The notes under the pieces: generated by a model | The model's input: the letters and a program-made list of their open reading frames with translations, nothing else | Databases searched by the model: none | Told to the model about the DNA's origin: nothing | Assembly: GCA_903813345.2 (NCBI GenBank) | Contig: CAIIXF020000001.1 | Coordinates: forward strand, 12,710,001-12,774,000 | Source: Owenia fusiformis | Taxonomy: Eukaryota | Length of the DNA: 64,000 nt | Direction of reading: 5' to 3' | Shown: in pieces, positions 13,191 to 24,376 of the stretch | How the letters are laid out: each line of letters opens with the position of its first letter | Position numbering within the stretch: position 1 is the stretch's first letter | Position numbers and translations under genes: made by a program

Positions 13191-13382
13191 GAGGGCCGTA
13201 GCCAGCTTTTGCCAAGGGGAGTTCACTTTTTAAAAAATTCCAGAGGGTTCACTTTTGACAATTTTTGTCTAAAAAAGGCCAAAATCATTTGAAAAGTGCT
13301 CAGAATAGTGAAAAACTGCATGATTTTGAAAACATTTTTGGCCAGCTCGAAACCAGGGAACCCATTCATCGCTATGGGCCTG
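13191..13382. mobile_element. CAGGCCCGTAGCCAG-family MITE
   Basis: Degenerate TIRs with TAACA/TAACA 5-bp TSD. Confidence 0.8.
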
Positions 13383-13397
13383 TAACATGTCATATAT

Positions 13398-13499
13398 CAG
13401 GCCCGTAGCCAGAAGGCATGATTTTTTAGCCAAAACTGACAAAAAAGCTCTCCCCTTGGCAAAAGCTCCCCCTCTTGGTAAAAGCTGGCTACGGGCAAG
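13398..13499. mobile_element. CAGGCCCGTAGCCAG-family MITE (short copy)
   Basis: TIRs with TATAT/TATAT TSD. Confidence 0.78.
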
Positions 13500-13647
13500 T
13501 ATATTACATGTACATGTACATTGAAGGCATAGTTCAAGAGTCTCCCAAAAATAGATGTACCATTTTAGTCTGGCCTTTAAATGAGATCTTGACACAGTAT
13601 GACCATGCTTCAATCATAATGCTTTATTTTGTTTATTTATTTCCTAG

Positions 13648-13768
13648 TTGTGGATGACCATCAATTCAAGGATGAGATGCTTTTCTACAGATTCCGTAAG
13701 GATGATGGTACATTTCCGTGGCACAAGGATGGGGCTATATTTCTCAAGGCACAAAGAATTTGTAACAG
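13648..13768 (+). CDS. DEPTOR: DEPTOR-like, exon 3
   Basis: VVDDHQFKDEMLFYRFRKDDGTFPWHKDGAIFLKAQRICN; LFYRFRKDDGTFP is a DEPTOR signature. Confidence 0.94.
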
Positions 13769-14291
13769 GTACCGTACAGTTCCAAAAGAAAGATATGAAA
13801 ATTTTAGATAACAGGTATTTTTTGATGAATGTTATCGTAAATATCAGTTTATTTTGCTTTGTATTTAATTATGATTGATAATGTTTATGTATATGATTAT
13901 TATATTTAATTCATGAAAACTAAATATATTCGGGAGTTTCAGTAAGATTTCTGACAATTCGCAAAATAAATGAAAACAACAGGCAACTAAGAATTGGTGA
14001 CATATTGTTACAACCACTGTATGTGAGATGAGCATTTGTTGTGGGAATTCAGTGTCTGTAACACATTGTTGCACTTTTGAAATTGCTACCAGGTGGTGAC
14101 ATACCCTTGAGTTGATTCCTTCAAACTGGCTATTTTGGTAATACCAACAGAGAAAATTGCCAGTTGCATGGTGTTAATGAGATTACCAAGCTGTCAAACT
14201 TTAGTCCCTCTACACTTTGTTGAGAATTTGAGACAGTATCTTCAAGATTTATTTACTTCTGTGTCTTGTACTTGGCTCTGTTTTAATTCAG

Positions 14292-14470
14292 GGTAAAAAA
14301 AGATGCCAATGTCCTCCATCAAGAATACCAATGTGATGGTCAGACATTCTACAATGTTTTCATGGGTAGTGACCTAGTTGACTGGATGGTCAGCAATGGA
14401 GAAGCAACTAGTCGGGAAGATGCACACAGAACATGTAGGGAATTCTTAGAAAATGACATCATTAAGCATG
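14292..14470 (+). CDS. DEPTOR: DEPTOR-like, exon 4 (DEP domain 2)
   Basis: VKKDANVLHQEYQCDGQTFYNVFMGSDLVDWMVSNGEATSREDAHRTCREFLENDIIKH; AG acceptor and GTGAG donor, phases consistent. Confidence 0.92.
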
Positions 14471-14869
14471 GTGAGCCTCCCATCAATTTGATAAATCCAT
14501 GGGCATTAAATGTCTATTGAAAGCCCATGATAAATCATAGCAGTATTCTTGTTTTAAAGCTTGAGTGAATAAAGTGATAGAGATATAGCCCCCCCCCGCC
14601 TCCTTCTTCCATATGAACAATGTTCCAATATTCAGTTGACATTCATGATCAAAATTAACATCAATTATTAATGTTTGTGAGATTGTGTTCTCTTATCTTT
14701 CCTCTGACATCCTGACAGGCATACTGGAGGCTAATTATGGAAATGTTATCAGGCATGTTGATGGTGTGAATTATGTGATCAAACTTATTAATCAACACCC
14801 TATGGTGATGTAACAGATTTGAATTTTGAATATCCTGTCTGAGACCAGAGACAATAACATTGGAAGGAA

Positions 14870-14899
14870 CAGAGACATATAAAGTTTTATATGTCTCTG
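14870..14899. mobile_element. 30-bp palindromic micro-MITE with 7-bp TSD
   Basis: CAGAGACATATAAAGTTTTATATGTCTCTG flanked by GAAGGAA/GAAGGAA. Confidence 0.7.
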
Positions 14900-15140
14900 G
14901 AAGGAATTTGTTATACCACTCACAGCCCAGCCCAACACTCTGTTGATTGCCCGGTTGATTGTTACCCATTCTTAGTAGAAAATCTTTAGACCACTCTTAA
15001 AACTATTAAAAATCAATAAAACTACAGAATATACATGGTTGACTCAGTGTCAATATACACGTTTACAGTATATGACTTTCTCAATGAGGAAACCATGATA
15101 TTTGGGCAAAACAAATATCTAGAAAGATATAACATCAATG

Positions 15141-15346
15141 CAGGCCCGTAGCCAGGATTTGCCAAGGGGGGGTTCAGTTTTCAAAAATTTCCGGGGTGGG
15201 TTCACATTTGACAATTTTGGCCCAAATATGGCTAAAATCACTTGAAAAGTGCTCAAAATGGTGAAAAACTGCATGATTTTGAAAGAATTTTTGGCCAGGG
15301 GGGGGGTTCGCCCGAACCCTGCGAACCCCCCCTGGCTACGGGCCTG
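15141..15346. mobile_element. CAGGCCCGTAGCCAGG-family MITE
   Basis: Perfect 16-bp TIR, AATG direct repeat on both sides. Confidence 0.88.
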
Positions 15347-15442
15347 AATGTGTGAACATATTACCTTAGTTACTTGTATAATGTATGTATAATAGCTTAT
15401 GTAATTCTGCATCATTGTATGCTAATTCTTGTTTCATTTCAG

Positions 15443-15631
15443 TTACGAATGACCACCATTTTAAAGACTTAACCCTACTATATCAATTTAAACACAATTT
15501 CTCAAGCACTGGAAAACTAATGGATCTGTTAAAAACAAGAAAACGAGAATCAAGTACAGGGGATTCCACAAGAACAGACTCAGAAAGCAGTGCAGACAGC
15601 ATACCTATCAACATACGACGACAGAATTCAG
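15443..15631 (+). CDS. DEPTOR: DEPTOR-like, exon 5 (end of DEP2 and Ser-rich linker)
   Basis: VTNDHHFKDLTLLYQFKHNF...KLMDLLKTRKRESSTGDSTRTDSESSADSIPINIRRQNS. Confidence 0.9.
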
Positions 15632-17603
15632 GTAAAGATAGCGTACATTGATCTTTGAAGTGGTCCCTACAGGTCCAGGTCAAATATACATGTATATGTG
15701 GAACATATTTTACAAAAAACTTGAAGTGAGCCTACATGTACATGTTATGTTACAGTTTTGGGGAAAACATTTTGACATGAAAAAAAGGTTAAGCGAACCC
15801 CAATTTTGAAAGCAGATATCACTTTTTTTTTAATCTTCGTCTGGGTTATGATCCTTTGTTCTTCCTTTTGTCCTTTACAAAGTTATCTTGTTTGTGATAG
15901 GAAGCAGCCATCTCACCTTTACTTATCAGTCTCACGTAATAAACAAGTAAGATAAGATATAAAGATAAATGTCTTTGAGTGTAAGTGGCCCATCAACCAA
16001 GGGCCATCAACTGGAACATGATTACAAATACATGTATATCACTGAGGCATTCAAATGATTACAGATAATAATTGTTACAGGCATTCTGATAATCATATCA
16101 TCTTTCTGTTTCACCTGAAACATGCTCTGATATTATGAGGCATATTCTGTTATCTGAGCACATCAGATGGGAAGAGTTATAACTGTCAGTAAGTGTCATA
16201 GTATGTTCGTTTTTACATCCATAGAGCGATAATGTTTTATATTATTTCGTGAATCCTTACGAATGTGAGATAATTCAGGAAGTTCAAGATGAAAATGCTC
16301 CACTCCACTGAAGCTTAAAACTGGCTGCCGGTGTGTTGGCTACATCATTTACAATGAACGATAAAATAATCAATTCACGTAAACTTTTTTTTTTATTCTT
16401 GTAAATGTGTATTATTGTTTGATAATAGGGAGGTATAATTTAATTTGGTAGTCTGTGAACATTTTTTACGTATTTCCTTAACAGGCAATACGCTAATCAA
16501 TGTATACAGGCCTTCTTTTTAAATTGTAATGTATTTAGTGGTAGATTTATTGGACTTAAAATCTTAAAAATGAATCCATCGCTTAAAACAAAAATATTTT
16601 GCTAAGAAAAATGTTGCACCAAACAACAGAGAAATTGAATGTTTTATTAGGTAAGTATCAATTAACAAGCACAGGTTAATAATAAGTGATTGTAATGATT
16701 TAATGTGCAGGATATTGTGCTCTGAAATTGCTCAGAATGCACCGAATGATGTTCAATTTTCGAAATTTTATGTGTATTATCAATATTAATCTGATAAATC
16801 ATGTAAACATTGATTTAGTTTTAATCGAAAATAACTATTTTAAGTCCTTGAAAATGCTCAGATTGAAAAAAAATTCCCGGGGGAACATGCCCCCCCCAAA
16901 GATACACGGCCTTCGGCCATGCATGTATTTCCTGCGCCACCTATATTTTCTGGATAACGCAAACTTCCATTCTCACACTTCCAAATTCTTATAATCCTTT
17001 GCAATCAAAAGGGTGCTTTGTGTAATTACTTTGTAAAGATGCTTATCCCCAGGTGTTAGCAGTTCCATTTATTTTGATTATGGTTGCTAACTTGCTTAAG
17101 TATAAATTCAGATTATCTGGATCATAGTTTTGAAGATAGCATATAGTATTGACACCTCATTTAGAAATGTTCAGTATTATATACAGTGCTAAACAGACTT
17201 TACCAAAATGTAAAACACTGCTCTAGGCCAGGGTAAATCTTGTTTCTGGTCACAAGGCTTTTAGTTTTTCCATACCACCAGTAAACTGTGATAAAAAATT
17301 GTGGCATCAGTTTCAGTTCATTTTCTGAATGTCAGTCTACAGTGGTGGATGGCATTCATCATCTGTAAACCATTTTAAATCATTTTAATATATAAAGTAT
17401 ACATTGTTTGTTCTTAAATCATTTTAATATATAAAGTGTACATTGTAAATATCAATGGCATTATAACAAATAATTTGTCAGCTTATTTGATTCAATAGCC
17501 AGTTACTCAGTTCCTGGGGTTCTCAAGGTACAGTATATCCCCTCAGAATAAATCCTGTATCCAAAACCACCCATTAAATAACCCTTATACATGTATATTC
17601 CAG

Positions 17604-17687
17604 ATTGTAGCTACAATGACAATGACACATTCCGAACAAGTCTTCGAAGTAGTAATTCCCCGCCATCATCTCAACCTCTTAAATCAG
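17604..17687 (+). CDS. DEPTOR: DEPTOR-like, exon 6 (linker)
   Basis: DCSYNDNDTFRTSLRSSNSPPSSQPLKS; TTCCAG acceptor, GTATGT donor, phase 1/1; the ending resembles vertebrate ...NPKS|V. Confidence 0.75.
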
Positions 17688-17744
17688 GTATGTCGCTGTT
17701 ATAAATGAGATTTATGAACAGTGTCGTTATTTTTTGATGCCCCA

Positions 17745-17872
17745 TGTATAGGATACGCCACATGCACAGGGTATACTGCATGCACAGGGTATGCCACATG
17801 AACAGGGTATGCCACATATACAGGGTATGTCACATATACAGATTGTGTCACATGTACAGGCTATGCCACATA
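17745..17872. repeat. 20-bp minisatellite (CAGGGTATGCCACATGTA-like)
   Basis: About six degenerate tandem units. Confidence 0.8.
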
Positions 17873-18296
17873 CGGTAAACTGGGTATGCAACATGTGTAG
17901 GGCATGCAATATCATATCATTAGGGTACATGGTCTTTATTGAATTTCTGTTCTGATATCTTAGCAAAATTAGTTATCATATATAACCTATTCAGAGTGTT
18001 CCAACCTTAACCATATGGATACAGTAAAGGACAAGAAAGAGTGACAAAAAAACAAAAATTAAGATGGTTTCACAATCAAATTAAAATAGTGTCACAATCA
18101 AATTAAAATAGTGTATTCGTGTAGGGCGAAATACCTCTGGTTTGAGGTGATAGAAAGTGTGTTCATTTAAAGATGGAAGAACAATCAACCTGTTTCTGTA
18201 TAATATCATTTTCATAAACTACAAAACTGCCATCTTTAGATCGGCCTAAAACTATGATTTATTTAGTAACAGACACATAAAAATTATCCATTGTAG

Positions 18297-18367
18297 TATT
18301 GCTGTGTAAGTTGACTGCTGATGAGATAGAAGATCCAGAGTCACGGTTTATCAAGAAAACAATACAT
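18297..18367 (+). CDS. DEPTOR: DEPTOR-like, exon 7
   Basis: VLLCKLTADEIEDPESRFIKKTIH, aligning by eye to vertebrate VLKRPVTSEELLTPGAPYARKTFT; GTAAGT donor. Confidence 0.85.
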
Positions 18368-18577
18368 GTAAGTACATTGATATCAAAATAATTTAGTACT
18401 TAAATAGCTAGAAAACAGCAACTCCATGGAGCAACAAAGCCCAATGAACAATTTATTCATGAATAAGTCACAATGTAATATTTATGATCTATTGTTGAAG
18501 GTTAAACCTCTCCATTTTCACTTTCAAATGTCTTTCATTTGAATGGGATGAAGTCATACTTCTCAAAATTAACAAAT

Positions 18578-18828
18578 GAGCCAGGCCACAGGAAAAGGGG
18601 TCTTATCACAGATTTTTTCAATGTTTTGATTTTTTGTTTTTATTAAAAAGCACAAAGAGACCTTTCAAATGAGCCATGGCTTGTGTCTTAACAATTTTTT
18701 CTTGCAGATATAGACCAAAAAGATGGATTTGAATTTAGCACATTTTCCTCTTAATCTTGGGCACATTTTTGGTTCTGTATCACAATTTAAATTTTTGTGA
18801 TAAGACTGGTTTTCCTATGGCGAAGCTC
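18578..18828. mobile_element. Sola-like MITE (GAG...CTC ends, 4-bp TSD)
   Basis: About 33-bp imperfect TIR GAGCCAGGCCACAGGAAAAGGGGTCTTATCACA with AAAT/AAAT flanks. Confidence 0.7.
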
Positions 18829-18940
18829 AAATGTTTCTGTTTTCTTGACCCTTGTATTCCCCACATATGCACAGACTGTGAACCTATATCCCCATCACTC
18901 CAATAATACACCCTTGCTTGTATATTATATTTGTTCCTAG

Positions 18941-19045
18941 GTTATGAGTGACCCAGTAGGGTTTGGGTTTGTAGTGAGGGGGAATTCTCCTACCTATGTA
19001 CAGACAGTAGACCCAGATGGACCTGCCGCACATGCCGGGCTTAAG
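18941..19045 (+). CDS. DEPTOR: DEPTOR-like, exon 8 (PDZ domain)
   Basis: VMSDPVGFGFVVRGNSPTYVQTVDPDGPAAHAGLK, with the PDZ GFGF loop. Confidence 0.93.
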
Positions 19046-19343
19046 GTACAATACATTCTGAGAAACATTAATCCAATACTTTAACCGGGATACGAAAATT
19101 TGAAAATGTATCAAGCATTTATAAAAGGAAGAATGGGTACCATATTAATGACTACTTGTAGTTTTTTGCGTCTATTTTTCGTATTTGGCATTATTGGGAA
19201 TTTAATGACTATTAATATTATGACTATAATTAAGCTATTTTGAGGAAGTATAGAATAAAGATGATTAAAAAAAGATTCAAATTCTAAAATGATTAGCATT
19301 TTCCATGTTTAAGAAATGTTTTTACATTGGTCTTTATTTTCAG

Positions 19344-19490
19344 ATTCGTCAGTACTTGTATTCAGTGAATGGCACAAATGTGTTGAGAAAGGGGCACCAA
19401 GATGTGGCTAAATTAGTGTTGGACTCTCTGGAGGTTGATGGATACATGATACTTGAAGTGCTGACACATTCCCATGAAGTCATATCTTGA
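19344..19490 (+). CDS. DEPTOR: DEPTOR-like, exon 9 (PDZ C-terminus, TGA stop)
   Basis: IRQYLYSVNGTNVLRKGHQDVAKLVLDSLEVDGYMILEVLTHSHEVIS*. The nine exons sum to 1176 nt, an open frame of 391 aa plus stop. Confidence 0.92.
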   Translation: MRQYLYSVNGTNVLRKGHQDVAKLVLDSLEVDGYMILEVLTHSHEVIS

Positions 19491-19670
19491 TGTGATAGTC
19501 ATGGCTTGATGTTATAGTCATGGCTTGATTTTCAGAGGGCTTGTCAACATTTTCTTGTGAAGTCATGACTTGATGCAATAGACATGTCTACCAGCCTTGC
19601 ATTAATGTTATAGTCATGGCTTGATGTAACAGTCATGCCTCATGTCTACAAGTCATGTCATGTCATGGAT
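19476..19670. repeat. ~19-bp degenerate tandem repeat (ATAGTCATGGCTTGATGT) starting across the DEPTOR stop codon
   Basis: AGTCATGGCTTGAT recurs at 19497, 19516 and 19612, with variants at 19478 and 19561. Confidence 0.7.
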
Positions 19671-20122
19671 TGCTATTGTATATCCTAGACATATTATACA
19701 CTGAGAAGTTCCTAGTGTTTTGAGCCTTAAGGTAATTGACTCTATGAGGGCTAAAGAGACTAAGGAACTGTAATTCTCTTATGATAAATGTGCCAAATGA
19801 ATTATGACATCATTACTTAAACAGCCTTAGACTTGACAAAATGATGCAGAGAATACAAGCATATGCTCAATTCCAAGTCAGAAGGTATCACAAGGTTAGA
19901 GAGATGGACTTCCATTTTACAATTTGCAATATTACTTAGAGAATGTATTAGAAAGACAGAAATTATTGAACAAGGTGAAGTGAACAGGGTATCATATATC
20001 ATGCTACAATTTCCAATAACCATGTTATGCTACAATTTCCAATACCCATGTTATGCTACAATTTCTAATGATTCATTGTGCATGTTGTTTTCAATCATTT
20101 TTCCAGTTGTCACAAATACTAA

Positions 20123-20328
20123 CAGGCCCGTAGCCAGGATTTGCCAATGGGTGTTCACTTTTTGAATAATTTCAGGGGGGATTCACATGTGACAAATTTG
20201 GTCCAAAAATGGCCAAAATCACTTAAAAAGTGCTCAGAATGGTGAAAACTGCATGATTTTGAACGATTTTTGGCCGGGGGGGGGGGGGGTTCGCTCAAAC
20301 CCATCGAACCCCCCTGGCTATGGGCCTG
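20123..20328. mobile_element. CAGGCCCGTAGCCAGG-family MITE
   Basis: TIRs with ACTAA/ACTAA TSD; body colinear with 15141-15346. Confidence 0.88.
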
Positions 20329-20400
20329 ACTAATAGAGGTACATTATCCCAGTTTCTAATACTGAGGATGTGACCAATTAAGCAAATGAAGGTAATTATA

Positions 20401-20632
20401 CACTGAGAGTAAATTAGTGAAACAGTAAATATAGTGACACTGAGTAAATTAGTGAAACAGAGTAAATATAGTGACACTGAGTAAATATGGTGACACTGAG
20501 TAAATATAGTGACACTGAGTAAATATGGTGACACTGAGTAAATATGGTGACACTGAGTAAATATAGTGACACTGAGTAACTATGGTGACACAGATTAAAT
20601 ATTATAGTTACACAGAGAGTAAAGATGACACA
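20401..20632. repeat. 19-bp minisatellite (ACTGAGTAAATATAGTGAC)
   Basis: About 11-12 tandem units. Confidence 0.9.
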
Positions 20633-20944
20633 GTGCACATCATCTTTCCAGTATTTTGAATGAAGATTTCAAGTAGAAATACATGGGATCAAACTAAATG
20701 AATATTCACATTCTATGAACATAACAAGCTCTTATTTAGAATGATTACCTCAACACAATGTAAACCTCTTAATTATGGCAGAAAACAATCAAAACTGGAA
20801 TCAAAATACCTCTGTGTTTTTTGTAGATAAATAGTAAAAAATATGAAAAAATGATACTTCCGAGTGAGGTATTAATTAAAGTGATGTAAATTTTCATGTG
20901 AAGTTAGGAAGTTATTGTAAATATGTTTTATCTTCCAATATGTA

Positions 20945-21169
20945 CACGCCCAGTGATCATACAAAATGGATGGAGGGGGAGTAGGCGATTTTTGCAAGAA
21001 AACTCAACAAATTTGGAAGATTTATTTTTTCAAAGGCCATGCACTGCACCTATTTATTTGGCAATTTGGTTGTAAATTTTCTCTTGAAAAAATAAAACTT
21101 CCTTTGTGGAGTTTTCTTGCAGAAATCGCCTACTCCCCCTCCATCCATTTTGTACGATCACCAGGCGTG
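20945..21169. mobile_element. Transib-like MITE (CAC ends, 5-bp TSD, ~65-bp TIR)
   Basis: CACGCCCAGTGATCATACAAAATGGATGGAGGGGGAGTAGGCGATTT... is mirrored at the right end; ATGTA/ATGTA flanks. Confidence 0.8.
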
Positions 21170-22458
21170 ATGTAAAGGGTGCCTTACTTGCAGTGAAATA
21201 AATGCACATTTTGTGTACCGTAGTGTCAAATGTAACTGAATTGACTATTAAATACACATTGTGTGAATGATTTACAATGAATATGCATGAAATGGAGAAC
21301 AAATTGTGTATTTCTTTTATTCATCTCCAGGACAGTATATCCATGTATATCCATGACAGTATAGTGTCCCACTCATTATAGTTCAAAGCTACTTGCAAGT
21401 CTAAGGGCACAATTTGTTATGTACGGCGGTAAATGTATGTTATGTCATATTTCTTAGGTGTACAATGAAACATGTGTTTATTTAACACAAGCATAGAAGA
21501 CTAGAAGAGGTGTATTTAGTAATACAAATTTTACTGTATAGTTTTATATATACGTACAGTTTCATGTGAAGCTCCAAGAATTGCCTCAATTTGGCTATAG
21601 CCACTATTCATTTACGTAACTAGGCATGTTTTTTGGTGCTTTGCACTTGGGTGTGATGTCTCGTTAAGTCCATGTGTTGCCCCTCTTCCTGCATTGCCCC
21701 ATATTCCTGTGTTTCCCCCTTTTCCCCCAGTAGAATGTTGTAGGGGAAGGGTGATACAGATTTCATGGTAGGCTTTGAAAGAACAAACATAACACATTGA
21801 ACTTTGTTTTAAAGGTCAGTTTATTTCACATGTATATAATAATAGTTTGCCAACTTCTTCAATAACATAATAGGCTAAACAGTAAAACAAAAAATATATA
21901 CAGTGTATTATGAATATATGTGAAATTATGATAGGGTAATCCATGCATAAGTGATCAGTATCATAAAAAATATATATACAGGGTGTACTTGAAACACATA
22001 ACTGGCCATAATGGCAAGTTCTATGACTTTGTAATACCCTGTAGCACAGCTCATTATCTGAAGAAAACAGTTTAATGTGATTTTATCATAAAATATGTAC
22101 ATATTAAAGTATTATTTAGTGGAGATATTTCCCAATATATATATGCACTTCTATATAGACTGTAGTTAGTGTAGTGCATCTAATTATATCAACTATCAGG
22201 TACAGTAGTTTCTAAATGCATAAGATTCTGTGAATTTTAGTTCTGTAGAATCTATCAATTTGGATTGGTAGGTAAAATCCCACAATATGTTTCCTCTGAA
22301 TATATACCTCATGTTAACCAATGAAATCAAATGAATGAATGTCTTTTTAAAGATGTGTAATATATTGTATATATGAACATCAAAAGGATTATACCTAAAA
22401 TCATCCTTAAAGGGATGCTTTGCGTACTTTTCTGTGTTGATTAGTTATATAAAAACTT

Positions 22459-22645
22459 AGCTTGTATTCATGAATGCAACTAAAACCTGTCGGCAACCGG
22501 ATTAACCTACTATTTTATGGGCAACTCATTCAAATGTGAATAGTGGTCCCTGTCACCTTTCCTTTCATATTTTAATGAGTTGGTCATAAAATAGTAGGTT
22601 AATCTGGTAGCCGACAGGCATTAGTTGCATTTGCAAATACAAGCT
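22459..22645. repeat. Long imperfect inverted repeat (~85-bp arms), fold-back MITE-like
   Basis: AGCTTGTATT...CCTGTCGGC...GATTAACCTACTATTTTATG is mirrored by CATAAAATAGTAGGTTAATC...GCCGACAGG...AATACAAGCT. Confidence 0.85.
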
Positions 22646-23429
22646 TACATTTCATTGCAACGATATCAAACTCTGAACATTTCATTCTGTTTTCTGCATG
22701 AGTAATTTTTTTCTCGGCTTAATATCTGCTCAAAAGTAGCTTTGTATAGTATTCAAAAGACTATGTAAGTGACTAATTATTCCCACAATTTTTGTTCCTT
22801 TTTTCTTCATCAGTACGCAATGTCTCTCTTTAATTAAAGGGTTTTGGAAGTGCAATTTACTCAAAAAACCATGTTTGTTAATGAATGAACAAGTCTTACT
22901 TACACACACACATATAATCATGTAATGGAATGATGAAAGTTTGGAACATTTTGTAAAATTGTGACAGTTGGTTCAGATTGTTTACTTTCAACTCAGAATG
23001 TACACCTCATGTTAACCAATGAGATCAAATGAATGAATTCGACGTATTTTGTCTTGCTTCTAGTTGACACTTATATGTGCAGCTTGTAGATCTCTTATAT
23101 GTTCATTTATACATGTTCTACTGCATTATAATATTACATCATGTTCAGTGTACATTTACTTGAAATAAGGATAACATTTTATTTTCTATTAGTTAATTTA
23201 ATATTAATGAACAAATTGCACAAGCATTAAATGCACAAACTATAGTCTGTTGTCTCACTATACAGTGGAGTCATCAATAACTGCTTTTGTGTTGATAAAT
23301 GAATTGTTTACCAATTTATGTATATTTTTGAAAATAAGATAAAATAAATACTAAAATTTGTAGCTAGTATAACATTATTGTTCATGTTCAACTAAAGCTA
23401 AAATATATAATCTCTGTGTAGATTCATCT

Positions 23430-24130
23430 CTCTAGTATCTAGGTCAAGGTCAAAATCTAGGTCAAATCAAAGCTTTATTCAAGTTTCTCAAATCCTGACA
23501 CTTTAATATCTTTGGCTGAATTTTTGCACACAGATAGATATTAGTATTCTATTAGTGTGACCCTTTGCCGTCTCGACAAATTTTGCTTAGATTTTGAGAT
23601 ATTGAAGGTCAAAAAAGGTCTTTTTTCAACTTGCTTCAAATTGACCAACATCATCTTCAAGTTCTCAGGAGTTCAAATCTGACCTTTACTTTTGATTTTT
23701 CAAATGATTTTCAGGAATCAAATTTAGGTATATTGTATCACAAAAGACCTACAGAGGTCAAGGTCATCAAACTAAATAAGAAACTGTGTTTTCTAAGTTC
23801 TTCAAAGTTCGAGACTACAAATCAATATTTCTGTTTGAAATTCAGGATATTAATTCCTCTAAAGGTTCTACGTATATGAGCAATTGACTATCTATTAAAA
23901 TTTTGCATCAGTTTTGAGATATAAGAGTTCAAAAACTGAAAAAGGACAAATTTTGAAATTTTTCAAGTTCATATATCAACTTCCTTCAAATTGAACAAAT
24001 ATTTGTTTATACACCGTCTACAAGTTGCCTGGAGTTCATATATGACCTTAGATTTGAGATTTAACCTTCAGCTGACCTTCTAATTGTCAAGAAATGCCTA
24101 CGTAAGATTGCTTGCAATCTTGATATCTAG
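23430..24130 (+). mobile_element. Helitron/HINE-like non-autonomous repeat, copy 1
   Basis: Ends with the AAGATTGC-TT-GCAATCTT hairpin followed by CTAG; the body is shared with 26400-27085. Left boundary approximate. Confidence 0.65.
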
Positions 24131-24376
24131 TATCATTTATGTGCCTTCGATCGATAGATTGAAGGAATCATAAATAATCTATGGATACTTTTTCTACCCC
24201 TTCCGCCATGTTTTTAGTTATCTCATACATGCTCCTACTAGAGACCTTGGTTGGACTTGGCGGGAAAGGAATTCTTATGTAGGTCAAGGTCAAAAGTCAA
24301 AATCTAGGTCAAATTAAAGTTGTTTTTAAGTTTCTCAAAGTTTGATACTACATTTCGATATTTTTGCCTGAGCTTT

